In this document: piece after piece, positions 7,411 to 16,349 of the stretch
Layout of the letters: every line of letters begins with the position of its first letter
Numbering within the stretch: position 1 is the first letter of the stretch
Origin: a phage
Reading direction: 5' to 3' (one strand)
Assembly (NCBI GenBank): GCA_012401045.1
Contig: GCA_012401045.1_4704.1
DNA length: 64,000 nt
Position numbers and translations under genes: made by a program
The notes under the pieces: generated by a model
The model's database searches: none
The model's input: only the letters and a program-made list of their open reading frames with translations
What the model was told of the DNA's origin: nothing

Positions 7411-7430
7411 TTCACCTAGGTAATATAACC
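7411..7430 (-). promoter_or_regulatory. early-type promoter motif upstream of chimallin
   Basis: Minus strand reads GGTTATATTACCTAGGTGAA. It lies 73 nt upstream of the chimallin ATG. Confidence 0.6.
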
Positions 7431-7601
7431 CTGAAATTTTTTTCAATATTGGTGTAACCACATTGAACGATATAAACCCCTAGGCGAACGCTGCCGAGAA
7501 GCAACATTCTTTCTACATATAATCAGGATATGTCTGTAAACTTTTACTTCTCTTATTGAGAGTAAAGTCATATCCGTTTACTACCTTCTTACGGAGTTCG
7601 T

Positions 7602-8696
7602 ATGTTTCGTGTTTTAAATAACCTCCCGCGAACATCATCGGGTGTGCAGCCCGTCCCTCAGAAAGACTATCTAATACGCGAAGTTCAAAGAAACCTACAG
7701 ACAATCCAGAACCACTATCAAGGTTTTACCTTCGCGGTTCAGAGCGATCACATCCTTGCGTTACTGCTCGCACAGCTCCCTATGAGATACGACATCTCAG
7801 TACAAACTTACTACGATATGATTCTCGATCTTACTCCAGAATTGGGTAATCGTGTTAAGTTGACAACATCAAGATACGCGGGTAAGTTATTCGACGGTGC
7901 TTTCTATCCGGGATTGCACGAAGCTATTATCGCAACCGGTGAAAGTCGTCTTATTTCACGTGACGTTCTTGACAACTGGCGTAATTGGTCGCCGGTTAGA
8001 ATCGTGACACACCCATACGCAAATCTTCGTTACATTCCTCTTCACCGAAAGCAGGTTGAAGAAGGACGAGGTTTTGCGGTCATTATGGTTGATGTACCTT
8101 TATTAGCACTACAGTATCGAATGTGGTCTTTGGTCATGGGTCATAACGTCGACGGTAAATGGGTGGTTAAAGAACCGGTTACAAGCTTCCTTGCGAGTTT
8201 TCCGTTGGTCAACGCATTATATTCACACAACGATGTTGTTATACGCAATCGTTGTTTGTGGGTATCTCCGGCTAAGAATCCACTCAAATCACCAATTTAC
8301 GTTAACGACCTTGATAACGTATTCAGCCAAGTCGTTCTGTCCGTACAGCATCATTTATTACGAAGAAGACGAAGCTACACCGATATGCTTAAACAGATAC
8401 CGAGTTTATACGGGGATCAGTACCAAGCAACCCGAATGGGTTACACCGTCGATCTTCGACAAACCCGATGGGCAAGGGATCTGGGCTGTCTGTCGTTATG
8501 GCAACAACTCGTCACACTACAAAACGTATCTGAAAGCGTCGGGTTCAGCAGCCAGATCGATAACGACCTGTACCGTGCTGCCGACCGTAGTCTAAAAGAA
8601 GGTAACTGGGAGTCCTCTCCGTTACCTGGCGATTTAAGACGTGAAGTTATCGCACAGGTTGCCGACCTCTTAAAAATTCTTCCCGCTGGTGCATAA
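7602..8696 (+). CDS. hypothetical protein (364 aa)
   Basis: Complete ORF divergent from chimallin. It ends at a long bidirectional hairpin. Confidence 0.6.
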   Translation: MFRVLNNLPRTSSGVQPVPQKDYLIREVQRNLQTIQNHYQGFTFAVQSDHILALLLAQLPMRYDISVQTYYDMILDLTPELGNRVKLTTSRYAGKLFDGAFYPGLHEAIIATGESRLISRDVLDNWRNWSPVRIVTHPYANLRYIPLHRKQVEEGRGFAVIMVDVPLLALQYRMWSLVMGHNVDGKWVVKEPVTSFLASFPLVNALYSHNDVVIRNRCLWVSPAKNPLKSPIYVNDLDNVFSQVVLSVQHHLLRRRRSYTDMLKQIPSLYGDQYQATRMGYTVDLRQTRWARDLGCLSLWQQLVTLQNVSESVGFSSQIDNDLYRAADRSLKEGNWESSPLPGDLRREVIAQVADLLKILPAGA

Positions 8697-8715
8697 TAAC
8701 CTCCCTCCTCCCTTG

Positions 8716-8747
8716 CATCCTCCCAACCCGTAAGGGAAGGGAGGATG
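8716..8747. terminator. bidirectional stem-loop between convergent genes
   Basis: CATCCTCCC..CCC-GTAA-GGG..GGGAGGATG two-tier hairpin. Confidence 0.6.
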
Positions 8748-8762
8748 GGGTGGTGGGTTATG

Positions 8763-10916
8763 TTACTCTGCGGTTTCTTGCTTCGGTAAATAACTTGCTG
8801 CGATGTCTTGGGCTAACAATGTATTGTTTTTATTCGAGATGAAAATACCATAACTTTCCATTAACGCGTAATACGAACGCACGAGCGTAGAGATCAATCG
8901 ACGAATATCCATACCTTGAATAAAGATATCAGGAAGCCCGGAGGCTTCGATCACCGGTAATGGTATCGTTAAGTTGCTTATCGTTTTCTTATCGTTACGT
9001 ACAATCCAATCACGGAAACGTTGTTGTAACCCTTTATCCTCCCAGGAATCAATCCAATCGTTAAGAAGCGTTTTGTTCTTCGTCGCCAACGGCACACGAA
9101 CCCCAACATAGGGTGGTTCAGGGCAATGGCCGTACGATTGAGCAAACACCTCTTCCCACATATCGTAAGACTGTTTCGTTACTGCAACATGCGGTTTCAC
9201 TTTAACACGCGTTAAGAAATCAGGATCACCACGTTTCATAGACTCAACGATTTCGTTTTCTAACGAGATAATATCGTCAAGAACCAATCGAATGCTGATC
9301 TTCTCGTTACGTAACAGCTTATCCATGATACCACACATCATGCGTTCAACACGTTTGACGATCATTTTTGGTGCTGACGCATCACGCATAACCGGACCTT
9401 TCAATTCCAGCTTCGGTGGATTGATAGGAACCCCCTCACGCATGGTCATGTAACCGTAATAGTTTTTACCCATCGAGGTTAACGACAGAATCAAGAACAT
9501 ATATTCGTTCTTCATTTCCATCACGTACATATGCTCTTTCGCCACACCGATATTACCAGAACACATCGCCATCAGATGAACCGTAATCTGCGTAACCAGA
9601 TAGATAAGCGTGTTTGCTAAGCGCGTCGAAACTGGATTGATCTCCATATTTCCAAATCGCCACTGAACCCACTCCTGGCAGGTAAACACCGTCGAGTCGG
9701 TATCAGACAACACACCCACTTCACGGATTGCTGATGGGAAAGCATAAACACCAGCCGGTTGGTTCTCGGTACGCCAGAACGCCATAATCAAATCAGCATA
9801 GCTTTGAATACGCTGTAGCATTAATTTTGTCGTTGCTGCAGTAAGACGATAACCAAGCTCATTTCCTTTTTCTAGCGCTACGTAAATCGCTTCCCCATTC
9901 AAGAACTCCGTACATTGTGCTGTAATCCAAGCGACCGTGTTGTTATCCATGGAAGCAATAATGGCTTTAGCCTCTTCCATCGTTTCAACAGGTTCGGATG
10001 CCAGCTCGCATAACGAATCAAGAAAATCTCGAACAAATTCAGGATTAAGCTCACGTAACGAGTACAGGTTATTGCTGTACATGTAGCAGGCACGTTCCAA
10101 CGGTGTTAAACCAGTAATTAACTCCCGGATAGTCAGTTCTTTCTCTGGGTCGAAAGTATATCGATGCAAGCATTTCGATACGTTAGCCCAAACCTCTTCC
10201 GGCGTAGGGTAATGTAGTTTGTATTTTACCATTACCTGTTCAATGGCTTTACGATCGCTGTTGCGGACAATACTCACGATGTTTTCAATTGCGATATCAC
10301 AATCGTAATAATGGAAATTGCCCGCAAGGAAGCGTTCGTTGTTCGCATTGGCTGAACCTGAAGCACAGCGACACGTTGTCGTTAAACTTGGATGCGCAAT
10401 TGGATTATAAAAAGGGTTAAACTTGGACGCCTGGGTTCCTGACAAACTGTTGTTATCTAACTTGGTGTTGGTTTGTCGTTTATCGTGTAACTCAGCTTCA
10501 TCTTTACGTCCGTGTGCTTGCGCTATCGACATTTGTTTCTTTTGTTTCTTACGCAACTTACCGTTTTCAACCGCAAAGTCGCTTAGCACACTGGAACGTG
10601 TTTCACGTGGATAACAGTTAGCCCACACCGGCGTGATAATTAAATTATTTTCTTTAATATCATTGAAGTATTGGCTGAACTTGATGACTTCTTTTTCTCG
10701 ATTTCCTTCGGTGCGCTGTGTTAATACAAGGCAGTCGGGATCAACCATCCCGTATTTTCCACCAGGACGAACCGTATCAAGGACAAACTGCAACGCTTCC
10801 TGCTGTGATATCCCACGCATGCGCATTAAGAACAGGGTATAATCCTGTACCGCTTCTTTGGTCATATCCAACGTACGGCCATATCCGTTTTCATCGTAAA
10901 AGAACGGATTTTCCAT
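8763..10916 (-). CDS. DNA polymerase, family-B-like polymerase domain protein (717 aa)
   Basis: KLDNNSLSGTQAS..F resembles motif B (Kx3NSxYG). SLTTTCRCA resembles the TxxGR segment. VLSDTDSTVF resembles motif C (DTDS). No clear exonuclease motifs, so the exonuclease part is probably a separate gene. Confidence 0.5.
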   Translation of the reverse strand: MENPFFYDENGYGRTLDMTKEAVQDYTLFLMRMRGISQQEALQFVLDTVRPGGKYGMVDPDCLVLTQRTEGNREKEVIKFSQYFNDIKENNLIITPVWANCYPRETRSSVLSDFAVENGKLRKKQKKQMSIAQAHGRKDEAELHDKRQTNTKLDNNSLSGTQASKFNPFYNPIAHPSLTTTCRCASGSANANNERFLAGNFHYYDCDIAIENIVSIVRNSDRKAIEQVMVKYKLHYPTPEEVWANVSKCLHRYTFDPEKELTIRELITGLTPLERACYMYSNNLYSLRELNPEFVRDFLDSLCELASEPVETMEEAKAIIASMDNNTVAWITAQCTEFLNGEAIYVALEKGNELGYRLTAATTKLMLQRIQSYADLIMAFWRTENQPAGVYAFPSAIREVGVLSDTDSTVFTCQEWVQWRFGNMEINPVSTRLANTLIYLVTQITVHLMAMCSGNIGVAKEHMYVMEMKNEYMFLILSLTSMGKNYYGYMTMREGVPINPPKLELKGPVMRDASAPKMIVKRVERMMCGIMDKLLRNEKISIRLVLDDIISLENEIVESMKRGDPDFLTRVKVKPHVAVTKQSYDMWEEVFAQSYGHCPEPPYVGVRVPLATKNKTLLNDWIDSWEDKGLQQRFRDWIVRNDKKTISNLTIPLPVIEASGLPDIFIQGMDIRRLISTLVRSYYALMESYGIFISNKNNTLLAQDIAASYLPKQETAE

Positions 10917-10977
10917 AAATCCTCCAAAAGTTATTTAGTCTGTCTACATCATCTCGTATATCTGTTAAAAAAGAAGG

Positions 10978-10987
10978 ACGGCATAAA
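10978..10987 (-). promoter_or_regulatory. TTTATGCCGT motif, abutting a terminator hairpin
   Basis: Minus strand reads GGTTCTTTTTTATGCCGTCC. It lies 62 nt upstream of the DNA polymerase start. Confidence 0.45.
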
Positions 10988-10991
10988 AAAG

Positions 10992-11019
10992 AACCGATCC
11001 AGCCGAAGCCAGATCGGTT
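10992..11019 (-). terminator. intrinsic terminator
   Basis: AACCGATC / GATCGGTT stem followed on the minus strand by CTTTTTTAT. Confidence 0.7.
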
Positions 11020-11214
11020 AAAAAGGATAATAACTGACAGAAAGATATCGATGATGTTCGTGAAACAAGATCTTCTCTCGTGTACAATGATGCTAGATCA
11101 GAGGGAGGTTGTAACACGAGAGGTGGTCCGCCAAAGAAGGAATAAAAACACGAACCTATCTTATTTCACTGATGGCACTAACCACTCAAAATATATAGTA
11201 CCGTATGTAAAAGT

Positions 11215-11628
11215 TTACTGATTAATCAAGTCGTTAGCAACAATCTTGGTGTAACCTGCCTGATTAAGAATTTGATTAATTTTCGTCACGTCGGTCGCAT
11301 CCTCAATAACGATGCTGGGTTTATAGATCAGCGTCTTGGTAACGACGATTGTACTCTCCTTAATCCAAGGAATCCCTAGAATCACATACTCACCATCGGC
11401 TGTAATGACCTCGACGTAATTGTATTTCGTCGGATCGTTCGGTACACTAGACGGGAGCCGGGAATAAATCTGTTGGTGAATGGCGTCTACATCACGGCCG
11501 TTACGCACAGCCGTACGATAGTTGTACACGGCACTAATTTCTACTCCGTTGAAGTTAACCCCAAGTTCTGGGGCGTACACATCAAAACTCACAACAGAGC
11601 CAATCTTTTCTAAATCAGAAGCTGGCAT
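11215..11628 (-). CDS. hypothetical protein (137 aa)
   Basis: Complete ORF followed by a canonical hairpin plus U-run terminator. Confidence 0.6.
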   Translation of the reverse strand: MPASDLEKIGSVVSFDVYAPELGVNFNGVEISAVYNYRTAVRNGRDVDAIHQQIYSRLPSSVPNDPTKYNYVEVITADGEYVILGIPWIKESTIVVTKTLIYKPSIVIEDATDVTKINQILNQAGYTKIVANDLINQ

Positions 11629-11639
11629 AATAGCATCCT

Positions 11640-12161
11640 TTATTTAAAAATGTATTCATATCCGAAAGTCGTCGCTGACCAGACCCGGATAGATGATAGT
11701 GTTCCGCCACGATAAAACGTTTTTGTGAATTCCATATCCTGGACAACACGATAATAAACACGTCCGATAATACGCACGATAAGGTTTCGTGATAACGATC
11801 TCTCCTCGCAGTATTCATCGATAAAGTCATCGTCGATATCCGATAAGACAACATCCGCAATTTCTTGCAGTAGATTCCTCATCAGCATCTGCCTTCCTTC
11901 GGTACCCCACCCAGACAAACAGTAATCGTCTTCTGCCTGACTATAGATGTCGTTAACCGCCTGTTCGAGCAGTTGCTCAAGATAGTAGTCATCGCGTTTT
12001 ATAACGTGGCGACGGCGCTCAGTGGCGTATTTTTCCATCCTGTGTTTCTCTTGTTCGGCGTATGTATTAACGACGCCACAGTCTTTTCTGGATCGTCCCA
12101 CAATGCACGACGAAAACTGGATACTACCATAACGGTAGGATAGATTTGTACAACCTCCCAT
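11640..12161 (-). CDS. hypothetical protein (start uncertain: 12161 or 12038)
   Basis: The ORF overlaps the upstream ORF by 163 nt in the -1 frame. The C-terminal two thirds look protein-like and acidic. Confidence 0.45.
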   Translation of the reverse strand: MGGCTNLSYRYGSIQFSSCIVGRSRKDCGVVNTYAEQEKHRMEKYATERRRHVIKRDDYYLEQLLEQAVNDIYSQAEDDYCLSGWGTEGRQMLMRNLLQEIADVVLSDIDDDFIDEYCEERSLSRNLIVRIIGRVYYRVVQDMEFTKTFYRGGTLSSIRVWSATTFGYEYIFK

Positions 12162-12487
12162 CCGTAACGATGTGCGTTAGTCGTACGTCCGACATTGAAC
12201 AGACATAGCTGATTTAAGAAACAGAGCTGCATCTTCGTAAACAACACCATGTCTTCACGTTTAACGTATCCGAGGATATATGCATTCTCGAACGCCTCGC
12301 GTGACAAGACGGGACGATTAAGATACCGTAACGCTAATACCAACAACGTTGTTATGCGCAACGGATCTTCTGGGTCATTCATGGTGCTCAGCTCTGCTTG
12401 TAACCAGTCAGGGATAGTAACCGTCAGACGATAGGTATCTGTTCCACGATCAACCACATTCAATGTTGAAAAAGGCAACATATCCAT
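11999..12487 (-). CDS. hypothetical protein (162 aa)
   Basis: Complete ORF. Its last roughly 50 codons overlap the next ORF. Confidence 0.5.
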   Translation of the reverse strand: MDMLPFSTLNVVDRGTDTYRLTVTIPDWLQAELSTMNDPEDPLRITTLLVLALRYLNRPVLSREAFENAYILGYVKREDMVLFTKMQLCFLNQLCLFNVGRTTNAHRYGWEVVQIYPTVMVVSSFRRALWDDPEKTVASLIHTPNKRNTGWKNTPLSAVATL

Positions 12488-12944
12488 GAATTCCTTCTAG
12501 CTCGAGGTTGTTCTCGCCGGTCTTCGGTAATAACCCACTGGCCGTTAACATCTGTGTCATCGAGTAGTCAAAGCACGGGAATATCAGGTTAACGGTTTCC
12601 TGGATCGCGTCAACATAACTATAAATGGCTTCATAATACTCACCGTCATGATCTACGCTAACCAGTTCCTGACACAGTTCTTCGCTTATCATTTCATATA
12701 CCGGCGGATACCACGATTGAAATGGTCGCTGCATACGTAACGACCAATACTCGTACGTCGTATACTGAAGCACGTCGTAAGCCGATACGTTAATGCGGTC
12801 GAAGAAAGCATACTTGTCCATATGCTGATACAACATCGCCAGCACGGTTTCCAAGCACACCGATATCCGCACGCCGTCATCTTTCCCGTTAAGAAAATTA
12901 GGTTTCTGCCGATAACGCACAAATGCCGACGGCTTTGATTGCAT
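12450..12944 (-). CDS. hypothetical protein (164 aa)
   Basis: Start moved to the ATG at 12944 (MQSKPSAF...), which forms a TAATG stop-start overlap with the upstream gene. Confidence 0.55.
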   Translation of the reverse strand: MQSKPSAFVRYRQKPNFLNGKDDGVRISVCLETVLAMLYQHMDKYAFFDRINVSAYDVLQYTTYEYWSLRMQRPFQSWYPPVYEMISEELCQELVSVDHDGEYYEAIYSYVDAIQETVNLIFPCFDYSMTQMLTASGLLPKTGENNLELEGIHGYVAFFNIECG

Positions 12945-13429
12945 TATTCCACCACCAACCATAACGTCATACTCGTATCTAACGTAAAATTGAAATGCCA
13001 CCAATCTTCTACACGTGGAATCCACGTACGAAGGATTTGGTTAACTTCGCTTCGCATCACCGATAAACGACAACGAAAATCGAACTTCTCATCGTGGCCG
13101 TAGTCTTCATGCATGAAAACTTCATCCAAAACGAACTCAAGTTGCATGTCGACATCACGGCCAGAGATATTCCGTTTGTACAGATACAGTTCAATCGTGT
13201 CGTAAAGCAACGTGTGAATATCATAATTTCCGTTCGGTGAGAAATAAGGTAATCGCTCATCGAGCATCGTAAACAGATATTCGCTGTAGTTTAATAACGG
13301 GATGATGTACCGACGCCCTGTCTGTGGTGTGCGAATATGTATCGAAACCTGACTTGGGCGCGGAATAACCGACGGCTTAGAATCGTCTCTCTGAAATTGC
13401 TCTAAAGATCGCAACAAAGGTGGCCGCAT
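12944..13429 (-). CDS. hypothetical protein (about 161 aa, start uncertain)
   Basis: The first 66 codons of the tracked ORF are W/R-rich and overlap another ORF. The ATG at 13429 is the first plausible start. Confidence 0.45.
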   Translation of the reverse strand: MRPPLLRSLEQFQRDDSKPSVIPRPSQVSIHIRTPQTGRRYIIPLLNYSEYLFTMLDERLPYFSPNGNYDIHTLLYDTIELYLYKRNISGRDVDMQLEFVLDEVFMHEDYGHDEKFDFRCRLSVMRSEVNQILRTWIPRVEDWWHFNFTLDTSMTLWLVVE

Positions 13430-13808
13430 TGTAACTCTCCAACGCCCAATTGTAAGGCCCTTCCAACATGTGTTCCCATACGTGAATAAACTCACTACCG
13501 AAGACAGGCTCCAGCGCCATGGTGAGATTCGTAAGTTCTGACGCAGCCGCATGGTAAGCATCAACATGTCTTTCCATTGACGGATCGTCTTCATTGAAAA
13601 TACGTTCTGTGTCGCCAGCCCGCTCAATAAGTTCGGTAATGAGATCTGTCCATGTCTCGTGACACGTCATCATTTCCTGTTCTCGACTTAGTATGCCGAT
13701 GTCTGCGTGGACGCTGGACTCGAACCGGTCTAAAAGGACCCGAAGAACGTGCACCTTGTCGATGTATTTCACCGTTATCCAGGAAAGCGGTTGCCACCGA
13801 CTCAGCAT
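13377..13808 (-). CDS. hypothetical protein (start uncertain; possibly the continuation of 13624..14601 after a frame change)
   Basis: The protein-like sequence begins around KYIDKVHVLRVLLDRF. Candidate starts are ATG 13808 and GTG about 13776. Confidence 0.4.
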   Translation of the reverse strand: MLSRWQPLSWITVKYIDKVHVLRVLLDRFESSVHADIGILSREQEMMTCHETWTDLITELIERAGDTERIFNEDDPSMERHVDAYHAAASELTNLTMALEPVFGSEFIHVWEHMLEGPYNWALESYNAATFVAIFRAISERRF

Positions 13809-14601
13809 CCATCCGGTACTCGGGAACCCCAAACTCATATAGTACGGGTTGCACCGGACCGAAGACGGAGCGACGTTGTTTAAATCGCTCCTTAAGGGCA
13901 AGGCCTTGTTTAATATAAACGGGTTCATTGGCGAGTTGTTCCGCTTTTCGTTTTGCGTGAGCCAATCGAAGTTCTTCCAATTGCCCAAGCCATTCAAATT
14001 GTTCATCTGTTAGCTCCTGGGGACGTTCAACAATCGCGCCAGACGGGCAGATATTGATCGTAATGTTAATTGACGGCATCGCCATCACTCGAGGATTACT
14101 ATTACGTACGCGGACAACATGTTCGGTTGCTGATTTACGATCGACGCAATACTCTGTTTCTTGGAACTCAAATGCTTTTAACGGCGTTGGTTTTGTTTGA
14201 CGTTTAGGAACGCGGCCAAGATCAACAATATAGGCATAATCGCACACACGTTCTATTCCGTAAATACGGTTATCCGACCAGTTCTTACCAAACAGCTTGT
14301 TGTGATGATAAGACAAATATTCGGTTACCATACCCTGGACAACATCGAAATCTTCTCGAAATTCAGGTTGGTACCAAATCGGGCCGAGAATATCTGCGAA
14401 CGATTCATGACGATATCGAGGATCATGTCGAGTCCAGGTCATTCTCTGGTTAAGATCGAAATCCACCAACAACTCGGTTAATTGCAATTTTTCCTTCGGA
14501 GAAAGCTGGCGTTGATGATGCAAACTCAGACAATCGATAAGCGGTAATGAAACCCACGATGCTAATGTGTACAAATCGATCCTGGCTAATCTCTTGGTCA
14601 T
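13624..14601 (-). CDS. hypothetical protein (325 aa; last ~45 aa suspicious)
   Basis: Long ORF whose tail (RQGARSSGPFRPVRVQRPRRHRHTKSR...) is Arg-rich. The tail overlaps a better-looking frame. Confidence 0.5.
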   Translation of the reverse strand: MTKRLARIDLYTLASWVSLPLIDCLSLHHQRQLSPKEKLQLTELLVDFDLNQRMTWTRHDPRYRHESFADILGPIWYQPEFREDFDVVQGMVTEYLSYHHNKLFGKNWSDNRIYGIERVCDYAYIVDLGRVPKRQTKPTPLKAFEFQETEYCVDRKSATEHVVRVRNSNPRVMAMPSINITINICPSGAIVERPQELTDEQFEWLGQLEELRLAHAKRKAEQLANEPVYIKQGLALKERFKQRRSVFGPVQPVLYEFGVPEYRMDAESVATAFLDNGEIHRQGARSSGPFRPVRVQRPRRHRHTKSRTGNDDVSRDMDRSHYRTY

Positions 14602-14692
14602 ACTCTTTTCCTAAGTCCCCATTGTTTATACACACGATATCTGGGAATAGTTAAAATATACGGCGTAAAACGAAGCAGGAGAGTTTCTGACG

Positions 14693-15013
14693 TCATTTTC
14701 TCCCTCTTCGAATACTACCGATACCTCTTTCGTCTAAGACGTCCCAGGCACGCTTTATTTCATCCTCCGTTGCTCTGGTATCTGGAGGGACAACCATAAC
14801 ACAGTCGTGGAACGGCCAATGTGTAGGTCTGGGGTTAGCGAACAAATCATCCCATTCAAATGTCCATTCTTTCTTTGAGCGATTGTAGTAGAGTGTAAGG
14901 TACGTGTTGGTATACGCCGGATAACCGCGCATAACTTCAATATCCTTACGATCTTGCCGTTCCTGATTCCAATCGTTAAACCGCTTTCTTATTTTCTCCC
15001 ACCACTTTCCCAT
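14693..15013 (-). CDS. hypothetical protein (106 aa)
   Basis: Complete ORF with a GGAG RBS. A TTTATGCCGT motif lies 13 nt upstream. Confidence 0.6.
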   Translation of the reverse strand: MGKWWEKIRKRFNDWNQERQDRKDIEVMRGYPAYTNTYLTLYYNRSKKEWTFEWDDLFANPRPTHWPFHDCVMVVPPDTRATEDEIKRAWDVLDERGIGSIRRGRK

Positions 15014-15025
15014 GCTTTCTCCTAC

Positions 15026-15035
15026 ACGGCATAAA
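15026..15035 (-). promoter_or_regulatory. TTTATGCCGT motif, abutting a terminator hairpin
   Basis: Minus strand reads GGCTTTTATGCCGTGTAGGAG. It lies 13 nt upstream of the start at 15013. Confidence 0.45.
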
Positions 15036-15057
15036 AGCCTGCCCCGAAGGACAGGCT
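15036..15057 (-). terminator. intrinsic terminator
   Basis: AGCCTGCC..GACAGGCT hairpin followed by TTTTAT on the minus strand. Confidence 0.6.
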
Positions 15058-15066
15058 CGATAGAAC

Positions 15067-15267
15067 TTAACGACCATCCAATTTCAATGAAGGATGGTTG
15101 ACGATATGTGCGTGTTTTGCTGGGTCATATAGCTGATATGGAAAATAGCCATGCCATTGACGGCCTTGGCATTTCGTACACAGGAACTGACCAACACCTT
15201 GTCGATTCTCGTAAGCGAGTTCGGTACTATCAACATGACCGCAACGTTCGCAGATAAACAGCGACAT
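15067..15267 (-). CDS. small zinc-ribbon protein (66 aa)
   Basis: Two CxxC pairs (CERCGH ... CTKCQG). Followed by a terminator. Confidence 0.55.
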   Translation of the reverse strand: MSLFICERCGHVDSTELAYENRQGVGQFLCTKCQGRQWHGYFPYQLYDPAKHAHIVNHPSLKLDGR

Positions 15268-15304
15268 AGCGCATCCCCATTCACTTGAACCTTTTGGTTC
15301 GGCA

Positions 15305-16285
15305 TTAGAAAAGCAAGAAACCGCTATTCTTCGCTTCCGCTACAGTTTCGTCACCAACTTTCGGTGCCTGTTGACGCGCGTTACGATGTTCGATGTAACG
15401 TTTCGCTTCGTCAGCGATTTGTTTGATAATACCCCCTAAACGATCGGTACTTAAAACAAACGACGTCGCTTCACGAATTGGGCTGCTTTCAGGCACAAAA
15501 CCATCGCAGCTGTAAATAGCGCTAACGCCCATGACTTTTGTCGCGTCTTTCGGATAAAGCGTACAGAAAGCAATCGGGCTATCGTTCTCTTTCGTCCAAT
15601 CGTATCCCATGAACGTATTCAGTTCGGTGATCGTTGGTTCCAAACCGGTAACACGTGGATGGTTTAAGAAGTTTTCCAGGTCGGCGCTGTCAAGACGACG
15701 GTTCTCGCCAGAAAACAGAACACAAAGCTGGCTAATAACAACCTGCACGTCCAGGTTGACATCCTGCTCCGATTTCCCATTTTCGCCATTCATGTGATAG
15801 CTAACAATCACTGGACGTTTCAACCCTTCTGCAGCCGCCATCAGTCCTTTGAAGGTGCGATCGGCGTTGATCGTTTGACGCTCATCATCGAACGAGGCAA
15901 CGATGCAACACACCACACGTTCACCACGTTCCAGCAGGTTAGCAACCAACGCAGGACCTGCAACAGAACCTGAACCACCGCTCAGACTAAAGACCACGAT
16001 ATTAAATTTACCTGGCGTATGCTTATTCAGAATACCCGGGATTTGTGAACAGATCAGTTCAGCGTTCTCATCACGCTTCTTACCAGAACCGTCTAACTCA
16101 CGACCGGCTGCATCTTTAAAGATGTAAATATGATCGTCACCCAGTGTGCTATCGCGTAGGTTAGCGCGGCTGGTATCGACATACGTCATGCTGTGTAATC
16201 CTTTCGCGACTTCGCCTTCAAATGCTGAGCCGATTTCGCCACCACAACCACCGACAGCCCAAATATGTACTTGGTTCTCTTGCAT
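15305..16285 (-). CDS. phuZ: PhuZ, phage tubulin-like GTPase (326 aa)
   Basis: N-terminal WAVGGCGGEIG nucleotide-binding loop. Tubulin-signature-like SLSGGSGSVAGP. Acidic C-terminal tail. Length and layout match PhuZ of phiKZ-like phages. Confidence 0.85.
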   Translation of the reverse strand: MQENQVHIWAVGGCGGEIGSAFEGEVAKGLHSMTYVDTSRANLRDSTLGDDHIYIFKDAAGRELDGSGKKRDENAELICSQIPGILNKHTPGKFNIVVFSLSGGSGSVAGPALVANLLERGERVVCCIVASFDDERQTINADRTFKGLMAAAEGLKRPVIVSYHMNGENGKSEQDVNLDVQVVISQLCVLFSGENRRLDSADLENFLNHPRVTGLEPTITELNTFMGYDWTKENDSPIAFCTLYPKDATKVMGVSAIYSCDGFVPESSPIREATSFVLSTDRLGGIIKQIADEAKRYIEHRNARQQAPKVGDETVAEAKNSGFLLF

Positions 16286-16349
16286 GTGAACTCCTAACTT
16301 AATATGTATTTAACGTACAATGAATCTTTCTTTGCTAAAGGGGTGACCC

